64,000 nucleotides of DNA from Candidatus Omnitrophota bacterium (GCA_043814605.1 JBDRJV010000047.1:5077-69076), one strand, 5' to 3'; counted from the first letter of the stretch, positions 10,421 to 20,213 are shown. Made by a program: numbers and translations. Notes: generated by a model from the letters alone, not told the origin.

Positions 10421-10602
10421 TATTTACTTAAAAAAATAAGTTTAATTATTTTGTAATGAATAAAATATGAATGGTGAGTTTTGCAAGTGAACTGTATATA
10501 TAAGCGTATTTTAGAGGAATTGAGTATTTTTCTCTCTACTTGCTACTCGCTTGTGCCCGTAAGGGTACTACTCTCTACTTAAAAAAAGAAGGAGCTAAAA
10601 AC

Positions 10603-11820
10603 GTGCGCAACAACAGAAGAGTCGTAGTTACAGGAATTGGGATTGTTTCGGCATTAGGCATTGGCCGGGATAAGTTTTGGGATAATATTAAAAAAGGTAA
10701 GTCAGGGATATCTAAGATTACCTCAATAGATACATCTGCTTATAAATGCCATTATGGCGGAGAAGTAAAAGATTTTAATCCTGAAGATTTTATCCCGAAA
10801 AGAAGAATAAAGTTTTTAGGCAAAACATCACAGTTGGCAATTGCCGCGGCTTATTTAGCTTTACAAGATTCCGGTATTCCTTTAAAGCGAATCCCCAAAG
10901 AATCAATGGGTGTGATCATGGGAACAACTATTGGGGAGAAAGCTATAGAAGAGTTAGCTGCACAATGGGCCAAAGGCGGATTAAAAGAAATAGACAGAAA
11001 AAAACTTTTCCAGGCTGCTGCCAATAATATTCCGGCTAATGTAGCTATACAGTTTAAAGCCATGGGATTAAATTGTTTAATCCCCAATGCCTGTGCTGCG
11101 GGTAATTATGCAATTGGTTATGGATATGATTTAATAAGGAATAAAGATTTAAATTTTGCTTTAGTCGGTGGAAGTGAATCGTTTTCACCTTTAGCCTATG
11201 CCGGGTTTCAAAGGCTTTATGCTATGTCTCCGGATAAATGCAGTCCTTTTGATAAAAATAGAAAAGGCATGATGCTGGGAGAAGGTTCTGGAATATTATT
11301 TTTAGAATCTTTAGAATCAGCTTTAAAACGCAAAGTAAAGATTTACGCGGAAATTTTAGGTTACGGCTTATCCTGCGATGCTTATCATGCTACAGCGCCT
11401 GACCCCAAAGGCATTGCTCGAGTTATGCAAAAGGCGTTAGATCAAGCGAATATTAGTTATAAAGAGGTTGATTATGTTTGCGCGCACGGTACAGGTACTC
11501 CGGCTAATGATAAAGCCGAAAGCGCGGCAGTCAAGGAAGTTTTCAAAGAGAGGCATAAAGAAGTATTAGTTAGTTCAATAAAATCAATGCTCGGGCATAC
11601 AATGGGTGCGTCTTCAGCGATTGCAGGAGCAGCTTGTTGCTTAGGGATAAAAGAAGGAATTGTGCCGCCGACCATAAACTTTGAAACTCCGGATCCGGAA
11701 TGTGATATAGACTGCGTGCCGAATAAAGCGCGTAAAAAAGATCTGAATGTTGTTTTAAATAACGGCTTTGCTTTTGGCGGAAATAATTGCTGCGTGGCGT
11801 TTGGGAAATATAGCGGATAG
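10603..11820 (+). CDS. beta-ketoacyl-ACP synthase (FabF/KAS II-like), catalytic triad intact
   Basis: NACAAGNYAIG (Cys), CAHGTGT (His), SMLGHTMG (His). GTG start at 10603 with the same upstream leader (tactctctacttaaaaaaagaaggagc) as the 6771 gene. The ORF track extends to an upstream TTG at 10540, which I do not favour. Confidence 0.85.
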   Translation: MRNNRRVVVTGIGIVSALGIGRDKFWDNIKKGKSGISKITSIDTSAYKCHYGGEVKDFNPEDFIPKRRIKFLGKTSQLAIAAAYLALQDSGIPLKRIPKESMGVIMGTTIGEKAIEELAAQWAKGGLKEIDRKKLFQAAANNIPANVAIQFKAMGLNCLIPNACAAGNYAIGYGYDLIRNKDLNFALVGGSESFSPLAYAGFQRLYAMSPDKCSPFDKNRKGMMLGEGSGILFLESLESALKRKVKIYAEILGYGLSCDAYHATAPDPKGIARVMQKALDQANISYKEVDYVCAHGTGTPANDKAESAAVKEVFKERHKEVLVSSIKSMLGHTMGASSAIAGAACCLGIKEGIVPPTINFETPDPECDIDCVPNKARKKDLNVVLNNGFAFGGNNCCVAFGKYSG

Positions 11821-12121
11821 AAAAAAGTTACAAATTATAAATTATGAGTTACGAGTGAAAAGCTGAATTCTGAAAGCTGATGGCTGATAGCTAGTAATTT
11901 ATTTAACTGGTAAAGGGTACACAGGACAACCGGGTTAATGAAGGAAATATTTATACCTGCTAAAATTTATGTCAGGGGAACAATAACTCTGCTAAAATTT
12001 TAATAACTTGATAAAAAACAGTAAATGATTTATACAAAACAGGGTTGACAGTACTGATTTGTATAAGATTGAATATTTTAGAATTTATTTAAAAATATGG
12101 AGATAGAATCAGTATAGGCAG

Positions 12122-12230
12122 TTTTATACATCCGCGGCCTAAAACCGCGCCCATTTATGGCGCGGATAAAAGGAGGCCGCTTGAGTATTCCACCTCAGGA
12201 ACCACGGGCTTTAGCCCGTGGGGGTTCCAT
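12122..12230 (+). repeat. ~110-bp GC-rich structured element, copy A
   Basis: Nested stems GCGGCC/GGCCGC and CCGCGCC/GGCGCGG, plus hairpin GGAACCACGGGC-TTTA-GCCCGTGGGGGTTCC. Sharply GC-rich against the AT-rich background. Confidence 0.7.
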
Positions 12231-12497
12231 TAAAAAGCAATAACATTAATATCTGCAGTTAGTTGCATTATTAAAAAAGATAATTTTTCAAAAACAAAAA
12301 ATGACAAATTTAAAGTGATACTTTAAAATTATCAATAATTTATACAAATTAGTATTGACAGTACTGATTTGTATAAGTTTGGATGCGTAATAAGGATAAT
12401 AATATATTGTAAGGAAAAACATGACTTGACAGCAATATATTATGCCTGCTATAATTTATATAAAATTAATAATAACCCTGCTAAAATTTAGAAAAAA

Positions 12498-13745
12498 ATG
12501 TATATACATAGAGATCTCGAAAAAAAAATTATTAAATACTTAGATAGTCCGGAAATTTTGGCGATCATTGGCCCTCGGCAGAGCGGGAAGACTACGCTAA
12601 TTAAAAATGTTCTAAAAACTCTTAAAAACGCTGTATACATAGATTTTGAAGACAGAGAAGTTCTGGAATTATTTAATAGTGATATAAAGTCTTTTTATAA
12701 GTTATATGTTAAAGATTCTAAATATTTATTTGTTGACGAATTTCAATACGCGAAAGAAGGCGGCAAAAAGTTAAAGTATTTATATGATACTTTTAAACTA
12801 AAAATTATTATTTCCGGCTCTTCCAGCCTTGATCTTACAAAGCAGGCGATAAAATATTTAGTGGGGAGAGTTTTTGTTTTTTACCTTTATCCTTTTAGTT
12901 TCAAGGAATATCTGGATTTTCGCGATAAGTCATGTTATGAGAATATTTATTTAGATATCCATGAAACTGTCAAAGAATATTTTTTATACAAGAAAAAATC
13001 TATTCCGCTTATTTCTCCAGAAATGATAAAAAAAATTAATAAATATTATCATGAATATGCGATTTTTGGCGGATACCCCCGTGTAGTTCTGGCTAAAGGT
13101 ATTGAAGAAAAAATAACCGTTCTGAAAAATATTTACAACACTTACTTTTTAAGAGAAATAAGGGATATCCTACAGCTGAGTACAGAAGTGGAATTACAAA
13201 AGCTGATCAAATGCCTAGCGCTTCAGACAGGCAGTATAGTCTCATATAAAGAATTAAGCCAAACAACAAGTTTAAATTATAATAACCTGTTAAAACATTT
13301 AAATATCCTTGAGAATACTTTTGTGATAAAAAAACTTCTGCCGTTTTTTCGTAATAAAAGAACAGAAATCGCCAAAGCTCCGAAAATTTATTTTGTGGAT
13401 AATGGTTTGAGAAATATGTCGGTAGGTAATTTTCAGGACATGGGAGAACGAGTTGATAGAGGCAGTATTAATGAGAATTTTATTGCCGGAGAATTATTAA
13501 AGCAGGAATTTGCCATAAATTACTGGAGAACAAAATCTAACGCGGAAGTTGATTTTATCTTGGAAAAACAGGGCAAACACAGCGCGATTGAAGTAAAATC
13601 CAGATTGTCTTCGGATAAAATCGGTAGAGCATTAATCGCTTTTAAAGAAAAATATCCTGATTTTAGAATAACTATTGTTTCTGAAAATTATTATAGTTTT
13701 AATAAAAAAGAGCAGGTTTTTTTTCTGCCGTTATTTTTTGTTTAA
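12498..13745 (+). CDS. AAA+ ATPase with C-terminal DUF4143 / PD-(D/E)xK-like domain (COG1373 family)
   Basis: GPRQSGKTT, FVDEFQ, C-terminal EVDFIL...AIEVKS. Confidence 0.8.
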   Translation: MYIHRDLEKKIIKYLDSPEILAIIGPRQSGKTTLIKNVLKTLKNAVYIDFEDREVLELFNSDIKSFYKLYVKDSKYLFVDEFQYAKEGGKKLKYLYDTFKLKIIISGSSSLDLTKQAIKYLVGRVFVFYLYPFSFKEYLDFRDKSCYENIYLDIHETVKEYFLYKKKSIPLISPEMIKKINKYYHEYAIFGGYPRVVLAKGIEEKITVLKNIYNTYFLREIRDILQLSTEVELQKLIKCLALQTGSIVSYKELSQTTSLNYNNLLKHLNILENTFVIKKLLPFFRNKRTEIAKAPKIYFVDNGLRNMSVGNFQDMGERVDRGSINENFIAGELLKQEFAINYWRTKSNAEVDFILEKQGKHSAIEVKSRLSSDKIGRALIAFKEKYPDFRITIVSENYYSFNKKEQVFFLPLFFV

Positions 13746-13876
13746 AAAAGAAATAATTGCTGTGTCGCGTTTGGGAAATATAAATAATGTTGTGTAATGT
13801 TTAATGTGTTATGTGTAATGAATTTTTTATGCATCAAGCTCCAGGCTGCAAGCTTCAGGGGTTTTAGCTTGCGACT

Positions 13877-13934
13877 TGTTGAGAACATTAATATATTTTT
13901 AGCGAAATCCCGCTAAGGCGGGGCTACTCGCTAC
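13877..13934 (+). repeat. REP-like element, copy 2 (preceded by the gcatcaagctccaggctgcaagc module from 13831)
   Basis: Near-identical to copy 1. Confidence 0.8.
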
Positions 13935-13950
13935 TTTTAAAAGAGGCTTC

Positions 13951-15033
13951 ATGAACAAAAAACGGACAATATTTTTAACCGGTGCGACGGGATTAATCGC
14001 TTCCTATTTATTGAAATTACTTTTAGAAAACGGCAATAAAGTTTATGCTCTAGCTAGAGGTAAAAAAGATCAGTCTGCTAAAGATCGAGTAATTGACATG
14101 TTGAAATTCTGGCAGGCGGATATCTCGCCGGATTTATTTAAAAATTTAACTGTTGTTGAAGGAGATATTACTTATTCAGATTTAGTTAAGCTGGATGCAA
14201 AAGATATTTTAAATAAGCTTTATAATGAAATTGAAATAATTTTTCACAGCGCAGCATTAGCAGAATTAAAAGTTTTGTATGAAAAGATAAAAAAGATAAA
14301 TGTTGACGGCACCAGAAATGTTCTGGATTTTGCCCTAAAATGCAAAAAATTAAAAAAAGTAAATCATATCAGTACAGCATATGTTGTAGGAGATAAAAAC
14401 GGCATAGAATTTAGCGAAGATATGCTTGACGTCGGCCAGGGATTTCATAATACATACGAGCAAACTAAGTTTGAAGCAGAAGTTTTATGTCATGAATATA
14501 TAGATAACAAAGGATTAAATATCTCTATTTTTCGTCCAAGCATGGTAATGGGTGATTCAATAGAAGGAAAAACCAATAATTTTAGATTATTTTATGAGCC
14601 GCTGCATTTCTTTTCTAAAGAAATTTACGAAGCTTTCCCGGTAAATCCTAATTATACGCAAAACTTGATTAATAATGATGTTGTGGGAAAAGCGATTTTT
14701 GCATTAGGAGAAATAGAAAATATTGCAGTATATCATATTGTTTCTCCAAATCATATTACAATGCAGTTTTTTATGCAGACTGCAGCAGAACATTTTGGAT
14801 ACAAATTGCCAAAGCTTATCCCTATTGAAAAGTTTAATTTTAATCAATGGACAGCATCACAAAAACTTTTAGCAGAACCATTTATCCCATATTTTAATTT
14901 TAATACAAAATTTTTGTCTAAAAAAACAGGTGAAATTTTTAATAAAGTTAAACTTAAACTTCCAGAAATAAAAAAAGAGAGTTTAATTAAAATATTTAAT
15001 TTTTGCAATAAGGCTGATTTTATAAAAAATTAA
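13951..15033 (+). CDS. NAD(P)-binding thioester/fatty-acyl reductase-like protein (NAD_binding_4 / extended SDR)
   Basis: LTGATGLIASYL Rossmann motif and YEQTK (YxxxK). Architecture resembles terminal reductase domains and fatty acyl-CoA reductases. Could alternatively be a sugar epimerase. Confidence 0.6.
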   Translation: MNKKRTIFLTGATGLIASYLLKLLLENGNKVYALARGKKDQSAKDRVIDMLKFWQADISPDLFKNLTVVEGDITYSDLVKLDAKDILNKLYNEIEIIFHSAALAELKVLYEKIKKINVDGTRNVLDFALKCKKLKKVNHISTAYVVGDKNGIEFSEDMLDVGQGFHNTYEQTKFEAEVLCHEYIDNKGLNISIFRPSMVMGDSIEGKTNNFRLFYEPLHFFSKEIYEAFPVNPNYTQNLINNDVVGKAIFALGEIENIAVYHIVSPNHITMQFFMQTAAEHFGYKLPKLIPIEKFNFNQWTASQKLLAEPFIPYFNFNTKFLSKKTGEIFNKVKLKLPEIKKESLIKIFNFCNKADFIKN

Positions 15034-15047
15034 CAAAAGGCGAGAAA

Positions 15048-15647
15048 ATGGATATTTTAAAAATTATAAAGGAAAGAAAGAGTATTAGAAAATATCAGGA
15101 TAAGCCTATTCCAAAAGAAATAATTAATAAAATAATTGAAGCAGGTATTTGGGGGCCGTCTGTCCCAAGTTTTTTAAAAATCCAACCGTTTAAATTTGTT
15201 GTTGTAACTAAAAAAGAAATAATCGCAAAAATTTCTTCGCTATTAGAAAAGAAATCGTTAAAAGTTTCTGTAGCAGCTAAAATTTTACTGAAAGGAGCAA
15301 GCAATATTATTAATGCTGTTCCGGTGGTAGTTTTTGTTTACAAAACAAAAGATCTAGAGAATTCGCAGCATAAGTTTAAAGAGGTATATTTAAGTCTTAA
15401 AAAAGTGGTTAAAACTGCTCAAATATCTGCAATTTCAGCAGCAATCCAAAATATGATTTTAACTGCTGAAAAATTAGGGGTAGGGTCTTGCTGGTTAGAT
15501 ATCCCCTTGTTTTGCGAACAAAACATTAACAAGGTGCTAAATAACAATAATAAATTAATTGCTGTATTAACTCTTGGTTATCCTGCAGAAAAAGGGAAAC
15601 GATCACCAAGGAAACCATATGAGGAAGCAGTGGAATTTATAACATGA
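15048..15647 (+). CDS. nitroreductase-family flavoprotein
   Basis: N-terminal RKSIRKY motif typical of the nitroreductase family, about 200 aa. Confidence 0.7.
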   Translation: MDILKIIKERKSIRKYQDKPIPKEIINKIIEAGIWGPSVPSFLKIQPFKFVVVTKKEIIAKISSLLEKKSLKVSVAAKILLKGASNIINAVPVVVFVYKTKDLENSQHKFKEVYLSLKKVVKTAQISAISAAIQNMILTAEKLGVGSCWLDIPLFCEQNINKVLNNNNKLIAVLTLGYPAEKGKRSPRKPYEEAVEFIT

Positions 15648-17110
15648 ATAATAAATATGATGACATAATAATCGGAGCTGGTATTGGGGGATTAGTTTGT
15701 GGATGTTACTTAGCGAAACAAGGAAGAAAAGTTTTGATTGTTGAACAACATTTCCAAGCAGGTGGGTATTGTAGTTCATTTAAAAGAAAAGGTTTTACTT
15801 TTGATACTTCAATTCATTCAATAGGAAGTTTAAGAGAAGGAGGTAAAGTAAGAAAAATATTTAATGAACTTGGACTAGAAGATGAAATAGAATTAACCAG
15901 GTCAGACCCTACCGATATTTTAATTTTTCCGGGTCATACGATTTTTATAAGAAACAAGTTAAATGATACTATAGCTAGTTTTCAGGAATCATTTCCACAT
16001 GAATTTGAAAAAATTAAAGACTTTTTTTATTTTATTTACAATTTTGATTTTATAAAAAACTATTCAAATTTAAAAACTAAAACATTCAAAGATGTTTTAA
16101 ATATTTATTTTCAAGATGAAAAATTGAAATCTATAATCAGTATTATATTAGGCAATATTGGATTGCCTGCGAGCAGAGTCGCTGCATTACCAGCCATTGT
16201 TCTTTATAAAGAATTTATTTTGGATGGGGGGTATTATCCTAAAGGAGGCATGCAATCATTTTCAAATGGTTTAGCAAGAAAATTTAAAAAATTAGGAGGA
16301 GAATTAAGATTAAAAAATAAAGTTGAAAAAATAATTATAAAAAAAAATAAAGCGGTAGGAATAATTATTGGTAAAGAAGAAAAAATATTTTCTGATAATG
16401 TTATTTCGAATTGTGATGCTACGCATACTTTTTTAGATCTTATAGGGAAAAAATTTTTGTCTGATAAGTTTGTTAAAAAAATTGATAATCTTGAAACTTC
16501 AGCATCTGCTTTTGTTGTATATTTAGGTTTAAATAAGAGTTATAATTCAATTTTAAAAAACAGATGTAGTTGGTGGTGTTATTTAAGTGATAAATATGAT
16601 GTGGAAAAGGTATTTTCAGATATTAAAAGAAAAAATAAACCATATTCTGATAATTTTGTGTTTTGTATATTTACATCCTCACATGATAGATCTCTCGCTC
16701 CTGAAAGAGGAGAGACAATCTCTTTAGTTAGTCTAGCGACAGTTAAGGATCTAGATTTTTGGAAAAAAAATAAGGAAAAATTTGCAGATGATTTAATTAA
16801 AAGAGCAGAAAAATTTATTCCAGAGCTATCAAAACATATTATTGTAAAAGAAATAGCAACTCCACATACTATGCAGCGATATACTCTTAATAAAGATGGG
16901 GCTGCTTATGGATGGGCTTCTACTGTAACTCAAATTGATAAAGAAATTATGCCTAGAGAAACAAACATAAAAAATTTATACTTAACTGGACATTGGACTA
17001 CTCAGGGAAGTGGCCAGGGAGGGGTTTCAACTGTAGCTTATTCTGGTAGAAGTATAGCTAAATTACTGATTAGAAGAAAAAATTTTTATGAGAAAAAAGG
17101 GATTAAATAA
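15644..17110 (+). CDS. FAD-dependent oxidoreductase, phytoene-desaturase/amine-oxidase (CrtI-like) family
   Basis: Dinucleotide-binding IIGAGIGGL...VEQHFQAGGYC near the N-terminus, about 488 aa. The stop overlaps the start of the downstream kinase (ATGA). Confidence 0.75.
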   Translation: MNNKYDDIIIGAGIGGLVCGCYLAKQGRKVLIVEQHFQAGGYCSSFKRKGFTFDTSIHSIGSLREGGKVRKIFNELGLEDEIELTRSDPTDILIFPGHTIFIRNKLNDTIASFQESFPHEFEKIKDFFYFIYNFDFIKNYSNLKTKTFKDVLNIYFQDEKLKSIISIILGNIGLPASRVAALPAIVLYKEFILDGGYYPKGGMQSFSNGLARKFKKLGGELRLKNKVEKIIIKKNKAVGIIIGKEEKIFSDNVISNCDATHTFLDLIGKKFLSDKFVKKIDNLETSASAFVVYLGLNKSYNSILKNRCSWWCYLSDKYDVEKVFSDIKRKNKPYSDNFVFCIFTSSHDRSLAPERGETISLVSLATVKDLDFWKKNKEKFADDLIKRAEKFIPELSKHIIVKEIATPHTMQRYTLNKDGAAYGWASTVTQIDKEIMPRETNIKNLYLTGHWTTQGSGQGGVSTVAYSGRSIAKLLIRRKNFYEKKGIK

Positions 17111-19329
17111 TGAATTTATTTTCTTTAACTAGTATAGTTGTAATTCTTTCTACTTTGGGGCTTGGATTTTTTATTTTTATAACAAATAAAAATAATAAAG
17201 TTGCTAGTTCTTATGGAGCGTTAGCTATTGCAGCAGGTATCTGGGGAATAGGAGCTTTTTTATTTTCGACTACTTCTAACAAAGAAACAGCGTTATTTGG
17301 GTGGAGAATAGCACATATAGGTATAATATTTACACCGCCACTTTTTTTCCATTTTGTTTGTAGATTAGCTAATTTAAACAAAAAAAGGTTGCTTTTTATT
17401 AGTTATTTGTCGGGCTTGTTATTTTTGTTACTTTGTTTTTTAGATACTAAATTATTTTTAGGGGATATAGATTTTGTTTTTAATAGTTTTTATTTTTTAG
17501 CTTGGTATAAACAGAAAAATATAGGTTACTTATTATATTATATTCTGTTTTATCATATTTTATTAGGATATGCATTTTTACTATTGTTGCAGTTTTATAC
17601 AAAAATAATAGGTATTATGCGTATTCGAGTCAAATATATAATTTTAGCTTCTGTAATTGGTTGGTTAGGTCCACATGGTATGTATGTATTAATTTTAGGA
17701 ATTAAAAAATTATATCCAATTTCAAATCTTTGTATAGGTATATATCCATTTATTATTGCATACGCAATTGCAAAACATAGACTTATGGATGTCAAGGTTG
17801 CAATTACACGTAGTGCAATTTTACTTATAGTGTATATTTGTATAGTTGGATTCCCTCTATTAGTAATAGGAGTAGGTAAAGAATACTTGCAGAATAGTTT
17901 TGGAAATAAATGGTTTTACCCTCCTTTAGCATTATATACATTATTAGCTTTGTTTGCTCCGTATATTTATTTAACTTTACAAACAAGAGCTGAGCAAAAA
18001 AGAATCAGACAGCAAATACATCTGCATCAATCTTTAAAAGCAGCTTCTAAAACAACAATTGAGGTGCAAAGTATTGATAAACTAGCTAAAATTATTCCCA
18101 GATATTTAATCCGGCTTTACAGCCGGTTAGATAATAAAATTAGCCATATTACTTTGTTTCTTAAGGATAAGAAAAAAGAAGAATATCATTTGCGTTCATC
18201 TGTAGGAAACCAAAAATTGCAATCAGATATCTTGATTAATTCCGACAGCTACCTTGCGAAATGGTTTACCAAGGTCAGAGAAGTTTTAGTGGAAAATGGA
18301 GCCGTAAAAGCCAAAGAAGTGGAAGTTTTAGTGTATGAGGATATTGATTTTTGGATGAATAAAGCCAGTATTTTGAGTGTGCCTTACAAAGGATTAAATA
18401 AAGTACTGAACAATTTAAAAAAAGAAATGAAAGAATTAAAAGCCAGTGTGATTTTGCCCTCTGTCTACCAAAAAGAATTGTTAGGATTTTTGATTTTAGG
18501 CGAGAAAACTCCGGATCCGTATTCATTAAATGATATTGATACTTTTTCTATTCTGGCTAATGACAGTGCTATGGCGTTTAAGGCTGCGCAATTATTTGAG
18601 GATTTAAAGATTGCGCAGGCACGCTTGATCCAATCAGAAAAACTAAACCTTCTGGGCCAGCTGGCCTCATCCATGGCGCATGAAATTAATAATCCTCTGG
18701 CAATTATTTCCGGCAATGTGCAGTTATTGCTTATGGATGAATCGGATGAGAGCAAGATGAAATTATTAACTAAAATCAATGACCAGACTGAACGCGGTTA
18801 TAAAATTATCCACCGCTTGCTAAATTTTTCCAAGCTTCCTAAAGAAGACATTAAAGAAATTGATATTAATCGTCTGGTAGATGAAACACTGGAATTGATC
18901 AATCATAAGATCGTGCACGGTAATATTGAACTGCAAAAGGATTTTAAAGCAACAGATATAATCCGCGGTAATCCCACGCAAATCCAGGAAGTTATCTTAA
19001 ACCTGTGTGTTAATGCTATCCAAGCTATGCCCCAGGGCGGGAAACTGATGATCAATACCAGCCGCGCGGGCGATATGGTGCAGATAGAAGTTAAGGATAC
19101 AGGAAAAGGCATCCCGCCGGAAGAAGTAAAGGATATATTTGATCCGTTCTTTACCAAGGGCAAGGAAAACGGTACAGGGTTGGGATTGTTTGTGGCCAGC
19201 CAGATCATGAGCCTGCATAACGGATTAATAAAAGTTAAAAGTAAGGTTGGCGAAGGCACTAGTTTTGTGTTAAAATTTGCTTTAGGCGATGAAGGGCCGA
19301 AAGGCACGGAAAGTGGGGTCAGGTCTTGA
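17110..19329 (+). CDS. sensor histidine kinase, multi-TM sensor + GAF-like middle + HisKA + HATPase_c
   Basis: Multi-TM N-terminus. HEINNPLAIISGN H-box. GTGLGLFVA G2 box. Long near-identical blocks shared with the 21453 kinase. Confidence 0.85.
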   Translation: MNLFSLTSIVVILSTLGLGFFIFITNKNNKVASSYGALAIAAGIWGIGAFLFSTTSNKETALFGWRIAHIGIIFTPPLFFHFVCRLANLNKKRLLFISYLSGLLFLLLCFLDTKLFLGDIDFVFNSFYFLAWYKQKNIGYLLYYILFYHILLGYAFLLLLQFYTKIIGIMRIRVKYIILASVIGWLGPHGMYVLILGIKKLYPISNLCIGIYPFIIAYAIAKHRLMDVKVAITRSAILLIVYICIVGFPLLVIGVGKEYLQNSFGNKWFYPPLALYTLLALFAPYIYLTLQTRAEQKRIRQQIHLHQSLKAASKTTIEVQSIDKLAKIIPRYLIRLYSRLDNKISHITLFLKDKKKEEYHLRSSVGNQKLQSDILINSDSYLAKWFTKVREVLVENGAVKAKEVEVLVYEDIDFWMNKASILSVPYKGLNKVLNNLKKEMKELKASVILPSVYQKELLGFLILGEKTPDPYSLNDIDTFSILANDSAMAFKAAQLFEDLKIAQARLIQSEKLNLLGQLASSMAHEINNPLAIISGNVQLLLMDESDESKMKLLTKINDQTERGYKIIHRLLNFSKLPKEDIKEIDINRLVDETLELINHKIVHGNIELQKDFKATDIIRGNPTQIQEVILNLCVNAIQAMPQGGKLMINTSRAGDMVQIEVKDTGKGIPPEEVKDIFDPFFTKGKENGTGLGLFVASQIMSLHNGLIKVKSKVGEGTSFVLKFALGDEGPKGTESGVRS

Positions 19330-19367
19330 AACTTGACAAAAAGTGATTTGAATAATAATATTGTAAT

Positions 19368-20213
19368 ATGGCAAGACCATTAAGAATAGAATATGACGGA
19401 GCAGTATATCACGTAACATCGCGAGGTAATGCGAAAGAACCTATCTTTAAGAATGCTGAAGATAGGTTTAATTTTTTTGAAGTACTAGCAGAAGCAAAGA
19501 AAAAGCATAATATTATATGTCATGCGTATTGTTTAATGGATAATCATTATCATTTAGTTGTGGAAACTCCTGAGGGAAATTTGAGTAGGGCAATGAGGCA
19601 TATAAATGGAGTTTATACGCAAAGTTTTAACCGCAAGCATAAAAGAGTAGGTCATGTGTTTCAAGGTAGATATAAAGCGATGTTGGTAGATAGGGATGAA
19701 TATCTATTGGAAGTAATTAGATATGTGGTTTTAAATCCCGTACGAGCTGGATTAGTTAAAAGTGCGGAAAAATGGCAATGGAGTAGTTATTGTGGAACTG
19801 TGGGGATGAGCAAAAAAGAGAGATTTCTGGATACAGATTGGGTGTTGGAATATTTTGGAGGCACAAAAAATATTGCTCAAAAAAAATACCGAGAATATGT
19901 AGATGAGGGAATTGAAAAAGAAATAGTAAAGAAAAAGATTAGTCAGCAGAGTATTCTTGGCAGTGAAAGTTTTAAGCAAAAAATCTCTAAGTATGTGCAA
20001 GGGAAAAAAGAAATAAAAGAAATTTCAAGGTGCCAACGTTATGTGGGACGTCCTCAATTAGAAGATATTTTTAAGGGAGCGCAAAAAGTCAAAGCAGAAA
20101 GAAATGCTTTAATTAGAAAAGCAATAACAGATTACGGGTATCAGCAAAAAGAGATAGCGCAGTGGTTGGGGATGCATTATACCAGCGTAAGTAAAATACT
20201 AAGCAGGGAATAA
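19368..20213 (+). CDS. IS200-like Y1 (HUH) transposase, REP-associated (RAYT)-like, with C-terminal DnaA_C-like HTH
   Basis: HUH motif HYHLVVET. Catalytic-Tyr region GRYKAM. The C-terminal ~80 aa resemble the DnaA C-terminal DNA-binding domain. Paralog at 43640. Confidence 0.7.
   Translation: MARPLRIEYDGAVYHVTSRGNAKEPIFKNAEDRFNFFEVLAEAKKKHNIICHAYCLMDNHYHLVVETPEGNLSRAMRHINGVYTQSFNRKHKRVGHVFQGRYKAMLVDRDEYLLEVIRYVVLNPVRAGLVKSAEKWQWSSYCGTVGMSKKERFLDTDWVLEYFGGTKNIAQKKYREYVDEGIEKEIVKKKISQQSILGSESFKQKISKYVQGKKEIKEISRCQRYVGRPQLEDIFKGAQKVKAERNALIRKAITDYGYQQKEIAQWLGMHYTSVSKILSRE

Noticed and set aside
10540-10602. Upstream TTG start of the second KS gene given by the ORF track (also 1936 for the formyltransferase-like gene, 48185 for GT2, 26396 for the second REC-HD-GYP gene)
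   Set aside because: Internal GTG/ATG codons are preceded by good RBSs and give N-termini that match the paralogs. The upstream extensions run through the shared leader repeat.
12122-12230. GC-rich 110-bp element as a tRNA, tmRNA or SRP RNA gene
   Set aside because: No cloverleaf with an anticodon arm or T-loop GTTC context. No SRP domain IV or tmRNA tag-reading-frame features. Two inverted copies next to a transposase argue for a mobile or structural repeat.
12045-12380. Repeated ttgacagtactgatttgtataag modules as sigma70 promoters
   Set aside because: The TTGACA and TATAAG hexamers are only 11 nt apart, too short for a functional -35/-10 pair. The CAGTACTG palindrome suggests an operator or IS-end function instead. 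Retained only as a repeat observation.
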